Shown one piece after another: positions 62,187-64,000 of a stretch of 64,000 nucleotides of DNA (within the stretch, counting starts at the first letter, position 1; the number at the start of each line of letters is the position of its first letter). Location of the stretch: NCBI GenBank assembly GCA_964590855.1, contig CAZPXJ010000002.1:21814-85813 (forward strand). The letters run 5' to 3'. The notes under the pieces were generated by a model that saw only the letters and a list, made by a program, of their open reading frames with translations, made no database searches and was not told where the DNA came from. Position numbers and translations under genes: made by a program. This DNA comes from an uncultured archaeon. GTDB taxonomy: Archaea > Asgardarchaeota > Heimdallarchaeia > Heimdallarchaeales > Heimdallarchaeaceae.

Positions 62187-63254
62187 ATGTTTATTATGGG
62201 GACAAATTTGAAGCACTGGTTTATACTTCTCCTGAAAAACCGATTTAATATTAGTCTCCGCTATATTCCTCGAATCTTTCTTATTACGGTTATTGTGGTT
62301 CTATTTGCTCCTCTTACCCTTTTTGAACATCTTAGATATGCTAAAAGAATAAAAAACACTGAGATTAAACAGGACCCTATATTCATAATTGGACATTGGA
62401 GAACCGGGACTACCCATCTTCAAAATTTACTTCTAAATGATGATCAATTCGGTTATCTTAATCTTGTAGAGGCTACTTTTCCTCACTTAATTTTAGGTAA
62501 TTACAAATTAATTCGATTCCTCATGAAACCTCTTATTCCTAAAACCAGGCCAATGGATTCTATGAAAATGGACTCTGATACACCTCAAGAACATGAATTC
62601 GCGCTTACTAACCTATGCTTACTTTCTCCACTAACATCCTTATTTTTCTTGAATAAAGAACAAGAATATCTGAAATATGCTTCATTTGATGAAGTATCTG
62701 AAATTGAATTCGGGGAATGGAAACAGGCTTTACAATATTTATTGAAGAAATTAACATACAAAGAAAAAGGAAAGCAATTACTATTAAAAAACCCGCTGGA
62801 TACATTGCGAATGAAGTTACTCCTTGAAATATACCCAAACTCCAAATTCATTCATATCTATAGAAATCCTTACGAAGTATTTTTTTCAATGATTAAACTC
62901 TACCAGACAAATACTAGTCTGTTTTGGTTTCACAATCCAGATTTCAATCTGGAAAATTTTATTTTTCGAACTTATTTGTCCTTTTATCATACATTATATG
63001 AAACTATACCACATATCCCCCCTGATCAGTTTATTGAGATAAAATATGAGGATTTAAGAAATAATCCTTCTCATCAACTAAACAAAATATATTCTCGCTT
63101 ATCTCTTGGTGATTATTATATAGTTAAAGAAAAAATCGAAAATTACATCAATTCTCTTAGAGATTATAAAGTTGATAATTATGATATCTCACAGGAAGAT
63201 AAGCAACTAATTTATGCAAATTGGGGAGAATTTATCAGCAGATGGGAATACTAA
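62187..63254 (+). CDS. Sulfotransferase-family protein with an N-terminal membrane anchor
   Basis: The 5'-PSB loop is IIGHWRTGTTHLQNLL and the 3'-PB motif is IHIYRNPYEVFFS. The N-terminal hydrophobic segment is IFLITVIVVLFAPLTLF. Confidence 0.7.
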   Translation: MFIMGTNLKHWFILLLKNRFNISLRYIPRIFLITVIVVLFAPLTLFEHLRYAKRIKNTEIKQDPIFIIGHWRTGTTHLQNLLLNDDQFGYLNLVEATFPHLILGNYKLIRFLMKPLIPKTRPMDSMKMDSDTPQEHEFALTNLCLLSPLTSLFFLNKEQEYLKYASFDEVSEIEFGEWKQALQYLLKKLTYKEKGKQLLLKNPLDTLRMKLLLEIYPNSKFIHIYRNPYEVFFSMIKLYQTNTSLFWFHNPDFNLENFIFRTYLSFYHTLYETIPHIPPDQFIEIKYEDLRNNPSHQLNKIYSRLSLGDYYIVKEKIENYINSLRDYKVDNYDISQEDKQLIYANWGEFISRWEY

Positions 63255-63322
63255 CGAGCTGGTAAATGATTAACCTCGAAAACTTTCGTAATTATTAAAA
63301 GGAATTAATACTATTATAACAA

Positions 63323-63865
63323 GTGAAAAGAAAGAATCTAGTACTTAGAATTTTATTTGATCTAGGTGGTTCAGCGGTTGGAGCTACATTAGCTTATTTT
63401 GCATTTATAATCATTTTAGATGTTAGTTCTTTAAGTCAGTGGGAACAAATAGTTGGTTTCGCAGTATTACTAGTTGCAAGCGGATTTATTGTTGGTTTTT
63501 TTGCATACAAGAAGGACGGCATCTTACTCTCAGGTACTATAGGTCTTACTTTTCTTATCATACTGACCATTTATGGGATTATAGGTGTTGGTTTGTATGA
63601 TGTTATTGAAAATTACCCCTTAACTCTTATCTTATCTATAGTGGAGGGAATAGTATTTTTCTGCGTTCCTGTTCTAGGAGCTTTTCTTGGGGGTTTACTG
63701 ACACCAACTCTCTGGCAATTCTCCAAAAGAGAGATAAATGAATTAAAAAATGCTAAAGTAGTTGAGAAGGAAGAAGATATTATACAAAGGGTTTACTGCT
63801 TAGCTTGCGGTTCAGAGGTACCAAGACAATCTAGAGTCTGCATTATTTGTGGAAAAAGAGTTTGA
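63323..63865 (+). CDS. Four-TM membrane protein with a C-terminal zinc-ribbon (CxxC-x11-CxxC)
   Basis: It has hydrophobic helices followed by VYCLACGSEVPRQSRVCIICGKRV. Confidence 0.5.
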   Translation: MKRKNLVLRILFDLGGSAVGATLAYFAFIIILDVSSLSQWEQIVGFAVLLVASGFIVGFFAYKKDGILLSGTIGLTFLIILTIYGIIGVGLYDVIENYPLTLILSIVEGIVFFCVPVLGAFLGGLLTPTLWQFSKREINELKNAKVVEKEEDIIQRVYCLACGSEVPRQSRVCIICGKRV

Positions 63866-63900
63866 GATGAAATCGCTTTGAGCTAAAGACATTTCATCTC
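63864..63900. terminator. Perfect 10-bp inverted repeat GAGATGAAAT-N17-ATTTCATCTC between convergent genes
   Basis: Read directly. The arms overlap the stop of 63323..63865 and the last codons of the convergent peptidase gene. Confidence 0.35.
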
Positions 63901-64000
63901 TTTTGGAGTATTAGAAAGCCGAATAGAACCTTCTTTTGTAACAACGCAGTCATCTTCTAGACGAACACCAAATTCATTAGCAAAATAAAGACCTGGTTCG
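63883..64000 (-). CDS. M24-family Xaa-Pro peptidase/aminopeptidase, C-terminal end only (truncated by the window edge)
   Basis: The reverse-strand translation EPGLYFANEFGVRLEDDCVVTKEGSIRLSNTPKEMKCL* matches the EPG.Y....G.R.ED.v.vT..G pita-bread C-terminal signature. Confidence 0.6.
   Translation of the reverse strand, partial: EPGLYFANEFGVRLEDDCVVTKEGSIRLSNTPKEMKCL

Overview
This is a visibly AT-rich, gene-dense archaeal chromosomal segment. It holds about 58 protein-coding genes and one intron-containing tRNA-Tyr. I found no rRNA, CRISPR array, transposase or integrase. The archaeal assignment rests on several gene types: ADP-forming acetyl-CoA synthetase, tungsten-type aldehyde:ferredoxin oxidoreductase, a 2-oxoacid:ferredoxin oxidoreductase gamma/delta fusion, 1Fe superoxide reductase, a PAC2-like protein, Fap7, and a tRNA with a canonical 37/38 intron. 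Other content includes a Ras-superfamily small GTPase, an integrin-like FG-GAP propeller, many HEAT/TPR proteins, a PlsY homologue and many N-x-S/T-rich anchored surface proteins. By inference only, this mix is most consistent with a Loki-type Asgard archaeon.

Main blocks:
- (i) 1-1700: acetyl-CoA synthetase alpha and beta subunits.
- (ii) 1742-12342: a seven-gene, translationally coupled MoxR/DUF58 envelope operon. Upstream of it (12429-13880) lie two small regulators that share a duplicated promoter/operator, with a duplicated N-terminal gene fragment between them.
- (iii) 19739-23522: the most unusual locus. A DUF2207-like membrane protein ends in G7-(Cys-Ala)6-GGGR. It overlaps (ATGA) a radical SAM/SPASM enzyme carrying an N-terminal PqqD-like recognition domain, and a methyltransferase follows.
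- (iv) Redox genes: SOR and AOR plus ferredoxin.
- (v) 30649-36047: a minus-strand run of FG-GAP, MoaD-like, TPR and HEAT genes.
- (vi) Two arsenic/metalloid modules. One is ArsR-permease-thioredoxin. The other pairs a Cys-rich AbrB-like protein with ArsM.
- (vii) 49167-53148: a giant surface protein split by a single +1 frameshift.
- (viii) A class II aldolase and class I FBPase pair, PGM/PMM, PlsY, a sulfotransferase, and other housekeeping genes.

All functional calls come from motif reading by eye. No database search was possible.
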